Shown in pieces: positions 12,624 through 26,212 of a DNA stretch of 64,000 bases. Both the position numbers and the translations under genes were made by a program. A model generated the notes under the pieces. The model made no database searches, was not told where the DNA came from, and saw only the letters and a list, made by a program, of their open reading frames with translations. The stretch lies in NCBI GenBank assembly GCA_951406725.2, contig OX597819.1, positions 52,700,001 through 52,764,000 on the forward strand, read 5' to 3'. Source of the stretch: Octopus vulgaris (Eukaryota). How positions within the stretch are numbered: the first letter of the stretch is position 1; each line of letters begins with the position of its first letter.

Positions 12624-14330
12624 TGCCAATCTAGGTAGGTGAATTGGTGAAACTGATAAGAGGCCAAGAGCAAATTTTTTTTGTCATATCTGATCTGATT
12701 CTTGTGCATTTTTCACAGCAGCACTTGCAATGACACTAGTGCCAGGTTGTATCAGTCCAAAGCAAGAACCTGTCTCTTGGATAAACATCAGTGACAGAGA
12801 GAATGGAGACTCGCTTGCATAAGCCAATGGCAACTTTTTCAGTCATTGAACAGTGGTCATGCTGTGACACTGTCTTGAAAGAGTCAGGCGAACAAGTCAT
12901 GCCAAGTACTTTTCTCTTTAAAAGAGTTTGGTGCTTATTCCATAAATCTCTTTTGCTAAACCACTAATGTTACAAAGGTGTAAAGAAACCAACACCAGCT
13001 GTCAAGCAATGGTAGGATGGACACACACACATACACACACACACACACTCACAACAGGCTCCCATTGAGGCCATAGTAGAAGACACTGCCTAATATGCCA
13101 TGCCATGGAACTGACCCCAAGACCACATGGTTGAGAAGCAAGCTTCTTAACCATACAACCACATCTGCACTTAAAAGGAGAGTGAATCACCTGATGGATC
13201 ATTTCAAGGTTTCTTGACTGCTCCTCAGATGCATTTGACTTCTTCCCCGTTGCTAGTCTTTCTCAAATAAATCTTGCTCAAGTTTGTATGTGTAAGGGGG
13301 CACCAAAAACAAATTCCACCATGCATTTTGCCCCACACTCCAATGATTCAACTAGCTCTTCACTTTACTATAAATAATAATGGTGTTTAAAACTGATATT
13401 TAGTTCAAAACTAGAGTAATCTTGGAGAACTTTAGATATACAAGGGGTGAGGGGACAAAGAATGAAAGAAGATTCAAGAACTAAGAAGAATTAAGATTTA
13501 ATTTCTTGTGGTGCCATTTATTTAACAAACTGGGATATATCATTCAGATCTGAAATATAATTGAACTGGCTCGATTATAGAAGGAAGGAGGGGGGGGCAA
13601 TTCATTCAATATTTATCCAATTCATTTCTGTCATTTAATTGGAGTTTGGAGATGGTGGTGGTGGTGATGGTGGTGGGCAGAGGGGAACAAGTCAGAGGAA
13701 ATCCATCTTTGTAAAACAAACAATTCAACATGTTTTGAATAACTGATTTGGAGTGGTATGGTGCATCAATCAAAAATCCGTGGTTGTAGTTATTGGGGAG
13801 GAGTCAAAAATGGACCAAATAATTGTGTGTGAGCTTTATGATAGTCCCTTTACACTAGTTATTTGGAATTTCACAGCGATTCTTCGTGAACGAATTCCCT
13901 GAGTCAAATGCAAAATGTATTCAAGTAGCTTTGGGAAATAAAAGCCATTATTGTTGTCTCTCGTGAGATATGTTAACCAGCAGCAGACAACATGTCTCTC
14001 TCTTTATAACTGTATGCATGTGAAGAGGGTGAATGTATGCATGTGTGTATGTGTGTGCACATGTGTATGTGGTAATACTAGCTAAGTTCACATACTTGTG
14101 AGTGTGTAGCATAGCTAGCTAGGTGTATGTGTGTATAGTGTAATCAAGTGTGTGGTGTAGTTAAATGCATGTGAATGAGAGAGAGAGTGGTATAGCTGGC
14201 AAAGTTTACGTGTTTGTGAATGTGTGGCGTAGGCAACCAGATGCATGTATGCGTGGTACAGTTAAATATGTGTAACTCAGCAAGGTGTGTGTGTGTGTGT
14301 GTCTGTATGTGTAGCATAGCAAGGTGTAGA

Positions 14331-14730
14331 TGTGTCTGTGTAACATACGAAGGTGTGTGCATGTGTGTATCACAGCAAAATGTGTGTGTGTGTCTATGTG
14401 GAAGGGGTACTGCTAGCTAAGTTTGCATGTGTAAGTGTGTGTAATATATAACTAGCTAGGTGTATGTGTGTGTGTGATATAGCTAGATCTGTGTGTGTGT
14501 TGTATAGCTAGATGTGTGTGTATGTGTCTGTGTAACATAGGAAGGTGTGTGCATGTGTGTATCACAGCAAAATGTATGTGTGTGTGTATGTGGAAGGAGT
14601 ACTGCTAGCTAAGTTTGCATGTGTAAGTGTGTGTAATATAACTAGCTAGGTGTATGTGTGTGTAGTGTAATTGTGTGTGTGATATAGCTAGATCTGTGTG
14701 TGTGTTGTATAGCTAGATGTGTGTGTGTGT
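14331..14730. repeat. Tandem duplication of a ~190-200 bp TG-rich unit
   Basis: 14331-14522 is repeated almost identically from 14523. Confidence 0.85.
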
Positions 14731-15145
14731 CTGTGTGTCTGTGTGTAGGAGCATTTAGCATAGCTAACTGTTTGTGCGTGGCACCAGTAATGCTTATCTT
14801 ATGGGAGAAAACAACGAACAGTTAAAGCCAAGACAAACTTGGAAACAATCAATTATATAATGATCTGTAATCTAGGCTTCCACATTTTCTAATGGAGTTT
14901 GTATGCCGTTCAAATCTACAGGCTCATTCTAAAGCAATTGCAAACAGATAGACCAAAAACAAAAAAAAAACAAAGAAAAAGAAAAAGAAAATTACAGAAA
15001 ATTTGTATAATAAGTATTTCCAGGCTACAGATGCCATGTTCTACTGTGTTAGCTCATTTTAATCTCAGCATGGCAACAGGCAAGGAGGAATTCATGGAAG
15101 CTCTACAATTAAAATTTCATTTAAACATGTACTATATATGCTTAC

Positions 15146-15304
15146 CTGTCAGGTGCTTTATTAGAATGACTGTGCTTAGTGGACAATCATTGATATTACA
15201 ATATCAAATAACAAAAGACTATTATACCTAAGTAACTTTCGCTTCGCAAAATTACAATTTCAAAATTTTAATGCAGTAAACTTGTGTGTATGCCGTTTGT
15301 AGGC
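15146..15304 (-). other. Candidate non-coding exon (159 bp)
   Basis: Acceptor ATATTCACAG|G and consensus donor CAG|GTAAGC on the minus strand. Stops in all three frames. Confidence 0.35.
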
Positions 15305-15666
15305 CTGTGAATATCTATAATTAGCTAATTTAGAGATATACACATCCATGGCTGAATTGCATAATGATGAAGTTGATGATGATGGTATATAATGATGGTA
15401 TATAAGATATGCACTTCTTTCCTCTCAGAAAAAAAGATCCCACCAAAATTACCCTAGGTCTTATATGCAAAGTTGCTTTAAATATTACATGCTTCAATAC
15501 AACAAAAACTTTTTCCATGAATATGCACAGCAGAAATTGGCATGTATTTAATATACCTATGTGTTTTTTTATGCCATCAAATGAATTAAACATATATATA
15601 TATATATGGATACATATATACATTCACACACATGCGTGTATGTGCATAGATAGAAATATGTGTGTA

Positions 15667-15704
<38 letters not shown>

Positions 15705-15705
<1 letters not shown>

Positions 15706-16959
15706 TGGGTGCAATGGGTAAATAGTCGCCATTTTATATTTTTAATTTCGCACATGCACATTGTTTGTTTTTGATTTTGTCAACTACACAGTGTAGTAGG
15801 GTCAGTCGGGTACCATCTCAAAAAAAAAAAAAAAAAAAAAACCAGCACCATGATGCAATTCACTCTGCTAGAAATTTGGAAAGGACATGCTGTACTGCTT
15901 GGCATTTACACCAGAAGCTCCAATATGAAGATTTCAGAGTGTTTGGGTGTTAATCTGTGGACAGTGCAGAGTTAAAAGAGTCTAATGATGATTACGAAGA
16001 TACGATAGCTTGAAAAACTATCTCTAATCGTTCTAATAAGAATAGAACTCTTGAATTTGTTGGTGAGATACTGGCCATGATTGACAATGATCCCTCCAAG
16101 TCAATCACTTCCTTTGCCAGGGACATGGATTGTCTGAGTTTCTTATCAGGCAGGTAGTGCATGAAGACATTCGATATTCCACATACAAGATGAGAAAGGG
16201 CCAATTTTTATCCCAAGCCATCAAGGACAAGAGGAAAGGCCACACTACGAAGCTTTTGAACTAACTTAAGCATCCCCCTCTAACAGAACATGCTATGCTT
16301 TTTCTCAGACCAGTATCAGATGGTGAAAACATAGACAACCGTTGGCTTACCGTGTCCCCAAAACAGGTACCAAGAGTGACAAAAACCAAACACCCAGTCA
16401 ACATCATAGTGATTGGACTGATCACTAGTGATAGCAACGTTATACCTCCGTTCATCTTCCCACATGGCCTCAGACTCAACATAGAGGCCTACATCAAATG
16501 CCTGGGGCAGGTAGTGAATGCTGGAAGACTTTATGTCTGGCAACAGGATTCTGCACCAGGCCACACAAGCAGGAGAACCCAGTCATGGCTGTCAGACAAT
16601 GTCTGTGACCACATAACCCCTAACTTCCAAGACTGCATTTCCCTTGATTATTATGTGTGGGCCACAGATGAGCGAGAGACCAACAAAACCTCTTGTAACA
16701 CCAAAGATGAACTGAAGGCAAGGATTATGGCAGCATTCACCAACTTAAACAAGGAGACCGTCCAGAAGAGTTGCAGGAGATTCTGAAGTCATCTGGAAGT
16801 GGTGGTTGAAGCCAATGGCAATTTTATTGAATAAATTTACTCTTTATAGTATTTCAAGATATTTCTATGTAAGTTTGGTAAATATATCTGTTAAAATGAG
16901 ATGTCAGTGTTGTTTTCATTTTTGCATAATCTAGACAACAATTTATTCACTGCACCCTA
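15705..16959 (+). mobile_element. Tc1/mariner superfamily element, probably maT/DD37D, with pseudogenised transposase
   Basis: TIR-like ends CTGGGTGCAATGGGTAAAT / ATTTATTCACTGCACCCT. ORF 16295-16786 has WQQDSAPGH...DCISLDYYVW. Spacing fits D37D if a short WPPN-type deletion is assumed. Confidence 0.88.
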
Positions 16960-17189
16960 CATATGTTTAGGTAGCTTCACTTCAGTTTCTTTGCTGTCTT
17001 AAAGTTTCATATCAAGACCCAGCTATATCATAGTCAGTCTGGAAATAGTGCATCTAGGACAATATCCTGTAATATGTCCTATTTTTTGAGAGAAATTAGG
17101 TAGCTACAAGAGAGCTCCCTCGATTGTCTGGTCACCAACTGACTTGACACTTTGCAAGTTTTGGCAACAAAGATCAATGAACCAAGAAA

Positions 17190-17880
17190 AATGCATCTAC
17201 AATGGTTCCTTAACTGGTAAGAAACAGCAGCTAAATTTCCCTCAAGTCACACAGCATAACATCAAAAATTGGAGGGGACATCAAACGTTTTAATAATATA
17301 TAGATCTATGAAAAAAGATGTGATGGCAAAGGTTGGAATGCTTTTTGTTATAGGATTGATCTGAAGTTAAGCAACAACTATCATCACCACCAAAATAAAA
17401 AATTTGGAGGAGTGATGCATGCTATGTGATAAAATAATTAATCAAGGAAGCCTTTACATAGTCACTCTATCCATTGGGAATAGTAGCCAAATCTCCCTCA
17501 AATCACACCCTAGTGTCTTAAATAAGAATAGGACAATGAATAATGTAGTCCTGCATAGCTCTAAAAGGAGATGAAGGTCACAGTTGGTATGCCTTTGTTC
17601 ACAGATCTGCTCAATCAGAGCTGACCTGGAGTTAAACAACAATATCACAAACAACAACCAAAACAAACTACTGGCCAACATGAAAACCTCTACACGGTCA
17701 CTAGAAATAGTAACCAAATCTCCCTGAAATCAGAGCTTACTGACTTAGGAAAGGAAAAGACACACTAGATAAGCTAATCCAAAACATATCTCCAGAAAAA
17801 AGACAGGATGGTCATGGCTGGAATGCTACTGATAATAGGCCATTAGCTTGATCAACATTGAGATGGGGCTAAACAACGAT
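17190..17880 (+). mobile_element. Three adjacent copies of a retroposon 3' end with (AAC)n tail
   Basis: Repeated AATAG.AGCCAAATCTCCCT.AAATCA...GCTAAACAAC. Related copies near 6500-6700 (-), 8460-8600 (-), 24170, 54950-55120 and 58580-58850 (-). Confidence 0.6.
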
Positions 17881-18042
17881 AATGAAACCCAAACTACAGA
17901 TGACTGTCCTTGTCAGGCAAGGATACCACAGACAAGAGAGATCAACTTTTATAATTGAAAGCACAACCCTACGCTAAAAAATTAATTTATAATAGTGAGT
18001 TAACTGACATTTAGTTTAATATGTAATTCCAACAGAATACAA

Positions 18043-18097
<55 letters not shown>

Positions 18098-18232
18098 GTC
18101 TTTTACTTCACCTAATTATCTTATTTTTATCTATTTATTTTTGTGTTGTATTTAAGCATTCTGTCTTGATATGATCACGTTTAATTTTACTTAGACCATT
18201 GTGAAAATATAATGGAAGTTGTCATTGCTTAC

Positions 18233-18835
18233 ATACATAATATATTAAAATGTTCTACTCGTCTTCAACGAAACATGATGGGTTATTCATGAAGTCATAA
18301 CAACATGAATTTCAATATCTCTCTCTTTCTCTCTCTACTCCCATCTCATTCTATTTCCCACCAGCATCACCACCTTTCGTGTTATGATTGTTCTCGGAAG
18401 GTGTTCTCCAAAGAAGTTCCCACTTTATTCTTTTGGCCAGTATTACAATTCTTTTCAACAATTGCCTGTTTTTGTATTGCATCAATATATATGAAGTATA
18501 CAGAACAATGCAACAAGATCCAGCTTTTTCAAAATAGGACTTTGACCACAATATAAAAACTTGATAGCACCGTCATTAGTTTAAAAGAAGCATGCACACA
18601 AGATTGCTGCTGCACTCTCAAAACACAGAACTCTATCGGTCTCAGTTGCTGAGACTAATGGTATTATTGATCAGAAACACAGATCGCCCATTGTATTCGA
18701 CAACTTAGTCCAGCTCATCAGGGATTCTGATGTCGATGGGTAGCAGTTGGTGCCAGCAGCACTTAAGAATACTTAATCAAAACTGTTGAGTTGAAGATAG
18801 CGAAGATGACAGATGCCTTACAAATATCAACAAGC
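18233..18835 (-). other. Candidate non-coding or UTR exon
   Basis: Strong acceptor CATCTTTTCTCTTATATCCTAG|G at the edge of a unique, higher-complexity island. Possible donor TAT|GTAAGC. No long ORF. Confidence 0.35.
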
Positions 18836-19192
18836 CTAGGATATAAGAGAAAAGATGTTATACATTTATTTCAGATGGAAAATGTTGCAAACTAGCATGC
18901 ATAAACATTCTAGCTATCTATCTATCAACTTGCGTATCTTTAGGTTTGACTACCTACTTAATATCCCATTCAACTATCTACCTATCTCCCCCAGCCACAC
19001 ACTTTTCTCCACTTACCTATATTTCTATTTGTATACCTACTTATCTATCAATTTATTTGTCTGCCTTTCTATTCAGCAATTTATTCTATGTATACATATC
19101 TATCTGTCCATATATATATATTTATATATATATGTATATATATATATACACCCACACACATACCAATGTATATACATATTTCTCTCTCTCTC

Positions 19193-19232
<40 letters not shown>

Positions 19233-20703
19233 TATATATATATACACACACATATATACACATACATACACACAATATATATACACACACATATATATTC
19301 CAACATACACACATACATATATATATATATACATACATACACATATATATATACATACACACATACATATACATACATACATACACACATACATACATAT
19401 ACATACATACATATACATACACACATATACATACACACATATACATGTGAACTATATCAGGCTACCTACCATTCTATATGTGTGTATAAACATCAAGTGC
19501 TGTACGTCAATACATATAAGTATATTAGAATTATTTCAACGATAGAGCCAAATTTTAATGTCTCCAAAAGAAGAAGAGAAACTATTTAGAAAGACATGAA
19601 AATGAAACAGAATCAAGTTATAAGAGCTTATAACAAGCTAAAAATTAAATAACATCTTTTCATGGATGAAGTTGTAAACAAGCAACAGGAGTAAAGACAT
19701 AAATCATAACAGATTATGATAATCCTTTACTTAAAAGTACCCTTGAAATTTCACTCCAAACCTGTTTAGTTACAAAGTAAATCAATTAAATATATAAAAT
19801 TTCATTTTGTCATCTGAAATATCAATTTTACTGTATCTCTAAAGCTATCAATTAAATTATCCTCTAAATCTTTACATACATTTTCCTTCTGGATGAATGA
19901 CTGAGTTTTTTTTTTTTTGTTTTTTTTTTCTTAAATTTCTCTTCATCTTGGGGAAATAATTTTCAGGATTTGATGTTCTTGCTGCTAATCGCTTAACCAT
20001 GAAATATGAGTGAAATGCATTTTGTCTTTCGTTTTTTTCTTCTTTTCTTTTATCAGTGAAATAAATGTTATGGATTTTGTCATATAAATTCATTCAATAT
20101 TTTTTTCTCATTTGTTTTAATCCTCATCAATGTTATTTGAATTAACACCACTCACATGGCTCTGGTTAACCTAGGGCTATAGAAGAAAAGAACCTGCCCA
20201 AGGCACCAAGCAGCAGAACTGAACCCAAAGCCAAATGTTTGGGAGGCAAACCTCTTACCACACAGCCACTTGTGTCTATCACTACATATAAGTTACTGCC
20301 TGCATTCAGCTGTATATACAGTAAACAGCTGTAACTTGGAGAAGAGGAAAATCATTAAGGAGCTAGCCTAGGGTGCTGAATATATCTTGGCACTAGTCTT
20401 GCTTGGATGTAGCATGCTTTAAGTTCAATGACAGCAATAATTGCTTTGAAATTGAAATTATGGTTAATAATTACATAACACATATTGACTGCAAGTTGGC
20501 TGAGAAGGTAGTAAATCAGACAGAACGTTCAACATTAGGTATAAAAACCATGAAATATCTTAGATGCTTCTTTTTCCTTTCTTTATGCCCCCAGTGCTAC
20601 TGAAGTTACCATGAAACTTGCACAACCACAAACCCAAAGGGAGCAACTTCACACTAGGAGATGAGTGAAAAAGAGTAAAGTATGAAAGACATAGCACAGA
20701 ACA

Positions 20704-20766
<63 letters not shown>

Positions 20767-21083
20767 CTACATACATATAGAGATCATCATCATTTAACAT
20801 ACATTCTCCATGCTGGCATGGCTTGAATGGTATGACAAAGAGCTGGCTAGCCAGAGAGTTACACTGAGTACTGCTGCCTGTTTTGACATGGGTTCTATGA
20901 ATGGATGCCCTTCTTAGTGCTAACCACTTTGCAGAGTGTACTGGGTACCTCTTTTCATGGCACCAGCACTGGTAGGGTCACCAAATAACTTGCAAGACAA
21001 GACAAAGTCCCCTTAACTTGGGGGAAGAGGGAAGTAGTATTGATGGAAATGGCTTTGTGCCAGCTGCCACTATCTATCTAATA

Positions 21084-21610
21084 TAAAAGATACCACCATG
21101 CTAGAGATAGCAGTCAAAACTTGACTCTAAAACCACATAAAGTATTCATACAGTACCAGGAGTAAAAAACAAATAGACAAATAAACTAGCAAAAATTATT
21201 GGAGTTTAGACAGGCAATTAAACCAGTCGTGTACATATATGTATACGTGTGTATACACACATGTTTTATATACATGTATATTTGTAATTATGTGCTGTGT
21301 ATATCCCTCTGATGAGGCAGAGTATATTGTTATGTAAAATCAGAAATCTAGATCTGGGATTATCCAATAATTTTTTTGCTAGTTTATTTGTCTGTTTGTC
21401 TTTTCTCCTGGTGCTGTATGAATACTTGATGTGATTTTAGAGTCAAGTTTTGACTGCTATCTCTAACATGGTGGTATCTTTTAGACACCTTTAATTATAA
21501 TTTTAACAATAATTATTACCTATAAGGTTTTTATTCCCATACTGGCCACTTTATATGATCAGTATTTTAAATAACGATCTTATCCTTATTTATATAAATT
21601 TATATATCTA
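21084..21610 (+). mobile_element. Penelope-like element relic with inverted pseudo-LTR fragment
   Basis: 120-bp inverted repeat (21084-21203 / 21363-21482) enclosing a hammerhead-like motif, set between microsatellites. Confidence 0.65.
21303..21360 (+). ncRNA. Degenerate minimal type I hammerhead ribozyme motif
   Basis: AUCCC(U)-CUGAUGA-G...-GAAA-UCUAGA-UC-(U)GGGAU: core boxes in order, stem I AUCCC/GGGAU, palindromic stem III. Stem II is poorly paired. Confidence 0.55.
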
Positions 21611-21611
21611 T

Positions 21612-21661
<50 letters not shown>

Positions 21662-21764
21662 AAAGAAGTATTAAGTAAAACTTATTTGCACGTTTTATTC
21701 ACTTGTTGCTTGCACTCCATTCTGAAGTAACCCACACTTTGCCTTCAGAAACAATACTTTAGAC

Positions 21765-22096
21765 CATGAGTTCTCAACTGGTTTTTATCAATGGGCCCCC
21801 TTGATTACTATGTGATTCTGGTGGACCACAATAGCTGTTCAATGTTTAAAAACTAGTTTTATAGAAACTTCTTTCAATCCCCGACCCCAAACACACACAC
21901 ACATTAAACTTGTGTAGATTGAACTGTGTAAAATGCTAGAGAAAGAAATCTAGCTGTTTCTTGCAATACATACCAATACATAAATCTAAAACAAAATCTT
22001 TTCTGGGGCTGTTAGAATATTATTGTAGATCTTCAGTTTAATACTTTGCTGTATGGACCCCACAAAATCTTATATGGGCCATTGACAGAACCACTG
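21765..22096. mobile_element. hAT (Charlie-like) MITE, degenerate
   Basis: Ends resemble CAGTGGTTCTCAAC TIRs (CATGAGTTCTCAAC ... AGAACCACTG). Confidence 0.55.
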
Positions 22097-23282
22097 CCAT
22101 TGACAGAGAAAAACTGGCTTTTCTTCCAGGCCAAAGGAAGATATCAGGGTGATCTTAGCAATGAATCAATCGATAGTCAGACCATGAGGAAATAATGCAT
22201 TGCTAGTAAGCAATTTAACCCCTTCGTCTGTCCTTTACTTTTGGCATGAGCTCTTTAAAAAGGACAATGAATAAACAGAATAAAATGACATCAATATAAA
22301 TAGCAACATTAACATTGCTTCTGCACACCACCACCATTGTAACCCTACTATCATCATCATCATCACCACTGTAACTACTGACATCATAACTGCCTCAACC
22401 ACCATACTACACACTGCCAACAGCTGCAAAATAATAAAACTAACAAAAGAATAATAATTATCATAACAATAATAATTGTATGAAATTGTCATTACTGAAG
22501 ACATGTTCACAAAAAAGAAAACGAAAAAAGAATTTGAAGCCGCAGCAGTAGTAGTAGTAGTAGCAGCAGTAATAGTCATAACAGTGATGGACAAGATATG
22601 TTAAATAGTGGTGCTGCTTCTGGTGATAGTGGTTGAATAGCACTGACAGTGGAGGTGGTGATTGTGGTGAGGGTGGAGGTCATAGTGGTGGTCATAGTGA
22701 TAAGGTGTTGTTCTTGGTGGTGGTGGTGGTAACATCATCTAAGTGAGAGTGGGTGGAGTGGAAGAAAGAAGATTAAGAGGAGAGAGGAGAAAGAGAGAGA
22801 GACAGAGAGATCCACTATTCTGGAGTGAAAGCAGTATTTTAATATAATGAAATTCATCACCCAGATTAAAGAAATAGGAAATGATATGGCATGTCAACGA
22901 GTTGGAACAATTTACATTATAATGATTTTTCTTCATTGCAAATGCATAACAAATTCAGTTCCTAGGAGCAAACAAATAAATAACAAAAATAAAACAAAAT
23001 AAAATAAAAAAAACAAAGAAAGAAAAGAATGAATGAAGACAGGAGAAGAGAGAGAGAGAGAGAGAGAGAGTGGGGAAGAAAATGGAAAACAAGGAAATAA
23101 GGAGAAATGAAATGACTACCAATGTCGAGGATGCCATTAGTTGCTACTCATCTAACAATCGAACACGGAATGCAAAGCCTGCGGTCATCTTTTTTTTTTT
23201 TTGACGGTTTCCTGACAGTTTAGCGAGAACTGTGGTTACATCGACATTTTGCATTGCAAATTACTGCAGTGATACTACTTGC

Positions 23283-23320
<38 letters not shown>

Positions 23321-23941
23321 GTGCACAGGCTGACTAAAAACACAAATTGATTTCTTGAGCTGTACTTCAATTTGGTTCCAGCAGGCAACAGGGCTTAACT
23401 GTCTTTCAATATAGGTGAAAGAAAGAGACAAGGAAAACAACAAAAATAATAATAATAATAATAATAATACAATAAAAAAGGGGGGGAAATACCCAAAACT
23501 GACACTTCTTTCTCTGTAATACATCAATCTTCATTATTAACACCATTTTCATTATGATTATTATTATTATTATTATTACATGATTATTTACTATTGACAT
23601 ATAGCAATGTCAGTCTCTTTGATTATCTGTCTAATGCTTACATTTACACCTCACACACACACAAATACACATACATACACAGCACGTGTGTGGGTACAAA
23701 TTGCCTAAAGTTCTAGCAGTACATCTGCTGACTAATACAAAAGTAAAATTTTAAAAATAACAAAAAAGATGACAATTTTCTAGACATTCCTGATTGCACA
23801 CCTGTATTGTCTGATTACGTAACTCATATTTTCCAAAGAAACTTGTAACTGTTTTCATTATTACTAGGTAACCTTTTGACTATATTTCAATATCCTTAAC
23901 GCTCTCTCCTCCAATTCTTTCCTTGTCTATTCACCTGCAAT

Positions 23942-23982
<41 letters not shown>

Positions 23983-24412
23983 CAAAACACACATACCAAT
24001 ATGACTAAATGACAAAATTCTTGTGAATTAGTGACAGCAGATCAGGCAGGTCACCAACAGTAATCTACCTGCAGGTGTCCAACAATCACCGGGAATTGCT
24101 TCTCTTATTTCTTCCACAATGACTTGTTTTCTTCGAGAGCCTCTATATAGACACTCAAACAGCTAGAAATAGTAACCAAATCTTCAGATCACACTCTGCT
24201 GTCTTAACCTCAGAGTGCTCTCTGGTTCTATGATACAATGTTCCTATTTCAAAGTGGTCTAGATTAAAACTTTCCATCAAAATTTCATGTTAATTTATAT
24301 TCCAAACACCAGCTTAATAAATACGAAGTTATTTTACTAAATTCTCCACTATTTTCAAAATTAATTGAAATAAAGGCAATATGGTAACAAAAGCTTAGAA
24401 TAGAAAATTCAT

Positions 24413-24870
24413 ATGTAGGCGAGAAAGATATGCCATAATATACATCTGGAAGATCTTGGAAGGACTTGTCTCAAACTTTGGCATCGAGAGTTACACAAAT
24501 ACTAGAACTGGGCGCCACTGGATAGTGCCAAGGACCCCAAATTTGCCATCAAGATGTAGAACAAGATACTGCGATAGCCTGGGCTTCAGAGGTCCACAGA
24601 TCTTCAATATCCTCCCGAAGGACCTGAGAGACCTGCATGGGGTGGATGCGGATGTCTTTAAAATAAAGCTGGACCTCTTCCTGTCAGGTGTCCCAGATGA
24701 ACCAGCTTCATGGCAGGAGGTGCAGATGAGGGCAGCTGCATCAAACTCTCTCATACACCAAATGTCAATTGCTAAAAAGCATTCGTGAAGTAAAATCATG
24801 TAGTAACATCGAATGGCGGTGCTCCAGAATGCCCACAGCTCATGAGCTGAAACTAGATGAAAATGAAAAC
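24413..24870 (+). mobile_element. 5'-truncated CR1/L2-group LINE: ORF2 C-terminus plus 3' UTR
   Basis: RRERYAIIYIWKILEGLV...GPQIFNILPKDLRD...FKIKLDLFLSGVPDEP is typical of CR1-group ORF2 ends. It is followed by a short UTR and a (TGAAAA) tail. Confidence 0.85.
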
Positions 24871-25953
24871 GCTAAAAAAAATAAAAGGCAGGTTGGTCAT
24901 AGCTGGAATGCTTTACATCATAGCTCTGATTAATCAGGGATGATGAGGCTAAACAACAAACTCCTCACTTTGGTGCATTTTACTGACTTTTCTTTTTAAA
25001 ATTTTTCTTATTACTTTTTTCTCCTCATTAGTTCCTTTATTTTACTGAGAATGCTGTTATGTAATACTATTGTATACTTCAATGAAACACACACACACAC
25101 ACACACAAACAAACATATAAGTATATATACACACACATATGGCTTCACAGCTTTTTCTGAACACTTGTAAACTCACAATGTGGTTTTGATATCTCCATGT
25201 ATTCAAACTTATAAACATTATATTGCTTTGATCAGATTCATTGTATATACAGGCATGTGAATATGAGATTTACATGTATATATATGAAACTCAAAGGTTA
25301 AAAGAAGCTTCTGTGAGTCTTCTCTAATGTAACAGAAACACAATTTGTTGGATTTGTAGTCTACATGGTTTTTCACTCTTGTTGCAAGAATATGCATGCA
25401 TTCATTAAGTGTCTGACTTGTGGTGGCCATGCTAGGACACTATCTTCAAAGCTTTTAGTTGATCATATCGATTCTAGTAGATATTTCAGTCTGGTATATT
25501 TATTTTATCAATAATACACAAACATAAACAACACCAGTTTTTAGACTGGTGCAAACATAAAAAGAGACACGGACACACATTCACTTCCTTTTTAATTACA
25601 AAACTGAAAATATACAGGCACACATGCAGACATACTGAGAGAGAGAGAGAGAGAAATATAATATACATTTAGAAGTTTCCTTTGTTCCTGCATCTCTAAG
25701 TCACAGTGTTTTAAAAAAATACAACCAGTGGAACCCAATATCATTTTCTTGGATGCTGCACATAATAACTTAACAAGTCACATATAGCTCACAGGCCACA
25801 GTCTGGTCACCTTTGGTTTATACTGCTGGTCTGACAGTCATACAATTTGATAGTCAACCAAAACTGGTATGCACCAGTTTTATGAAAGCTCCAATTAAAG
25901 ATAGCTCACCTGTGTGAGAGTAAGAGTAATAAGCCATATTACAAAAACCCCAC

Positions 25954-26025
25954 AAAGGTATATCTCTTCTATCGGTTAGTGGTAACGTTCTTGCTTCTAT
26001 GATTCTTGATCATATCAATACTTAA
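25954..26025 (+). mobile_element. Small RTE-type LINE reverse transcriptase fragment
   Basis: Translates KGISLLSVSGNVLASMILDHI, resembling the RTE motif RGISLLSxxGKxLxxxxLxR. Confidence 0.6.
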
Positions 26026-26212
26026 TGTGATAAGGAGATGATATCCAGTCTCCTCAACAAGGAATTTGGCTGAAGCCTAATTCAGTTCCAAAATATACAC
26101 TTTGAATAGGGCTCTCAAGACTTGACTTGCCAGATGAAATTAGAAAAGTTTCTAGTCCTTTCCATAACAGGATAGTAGCTACTGTCTTGAACAGATAGTG
26201 ATTAGTCTAATT

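Noticed and set aside
15060-15080. Similarity to miR-216 (TAATCTCAGCATGGCAAC)
   Set aside because: No downstream star arm for a 5p miRNA. Matches of 10-11 nt to some miRNA are expected by chance in 64 kb.
18686-18725. Minus-strand CCCTGATGAG...CGAAT resembling a hammerhead core
   Set aside because: It lacks GAAA, stem III and the UH cleavage site.
18585-18743. Protein-like plus-strand frame KKHAHKIAAALSKHRTLSVSVAETNG...DSDVDG*
   Set aside because: It is preceded directly by a stop, with no ATG and no good acceptor, and I recognise no homology.
18855-19545. Long overlapping ORFs rich in Y/I/H/T/C/V (also 33000-35700, 40549-40854, 50110-50472, 55351-55818)
   Set aside because: They are translations of TA/CA/TACA microsatellites that lack stop codons.
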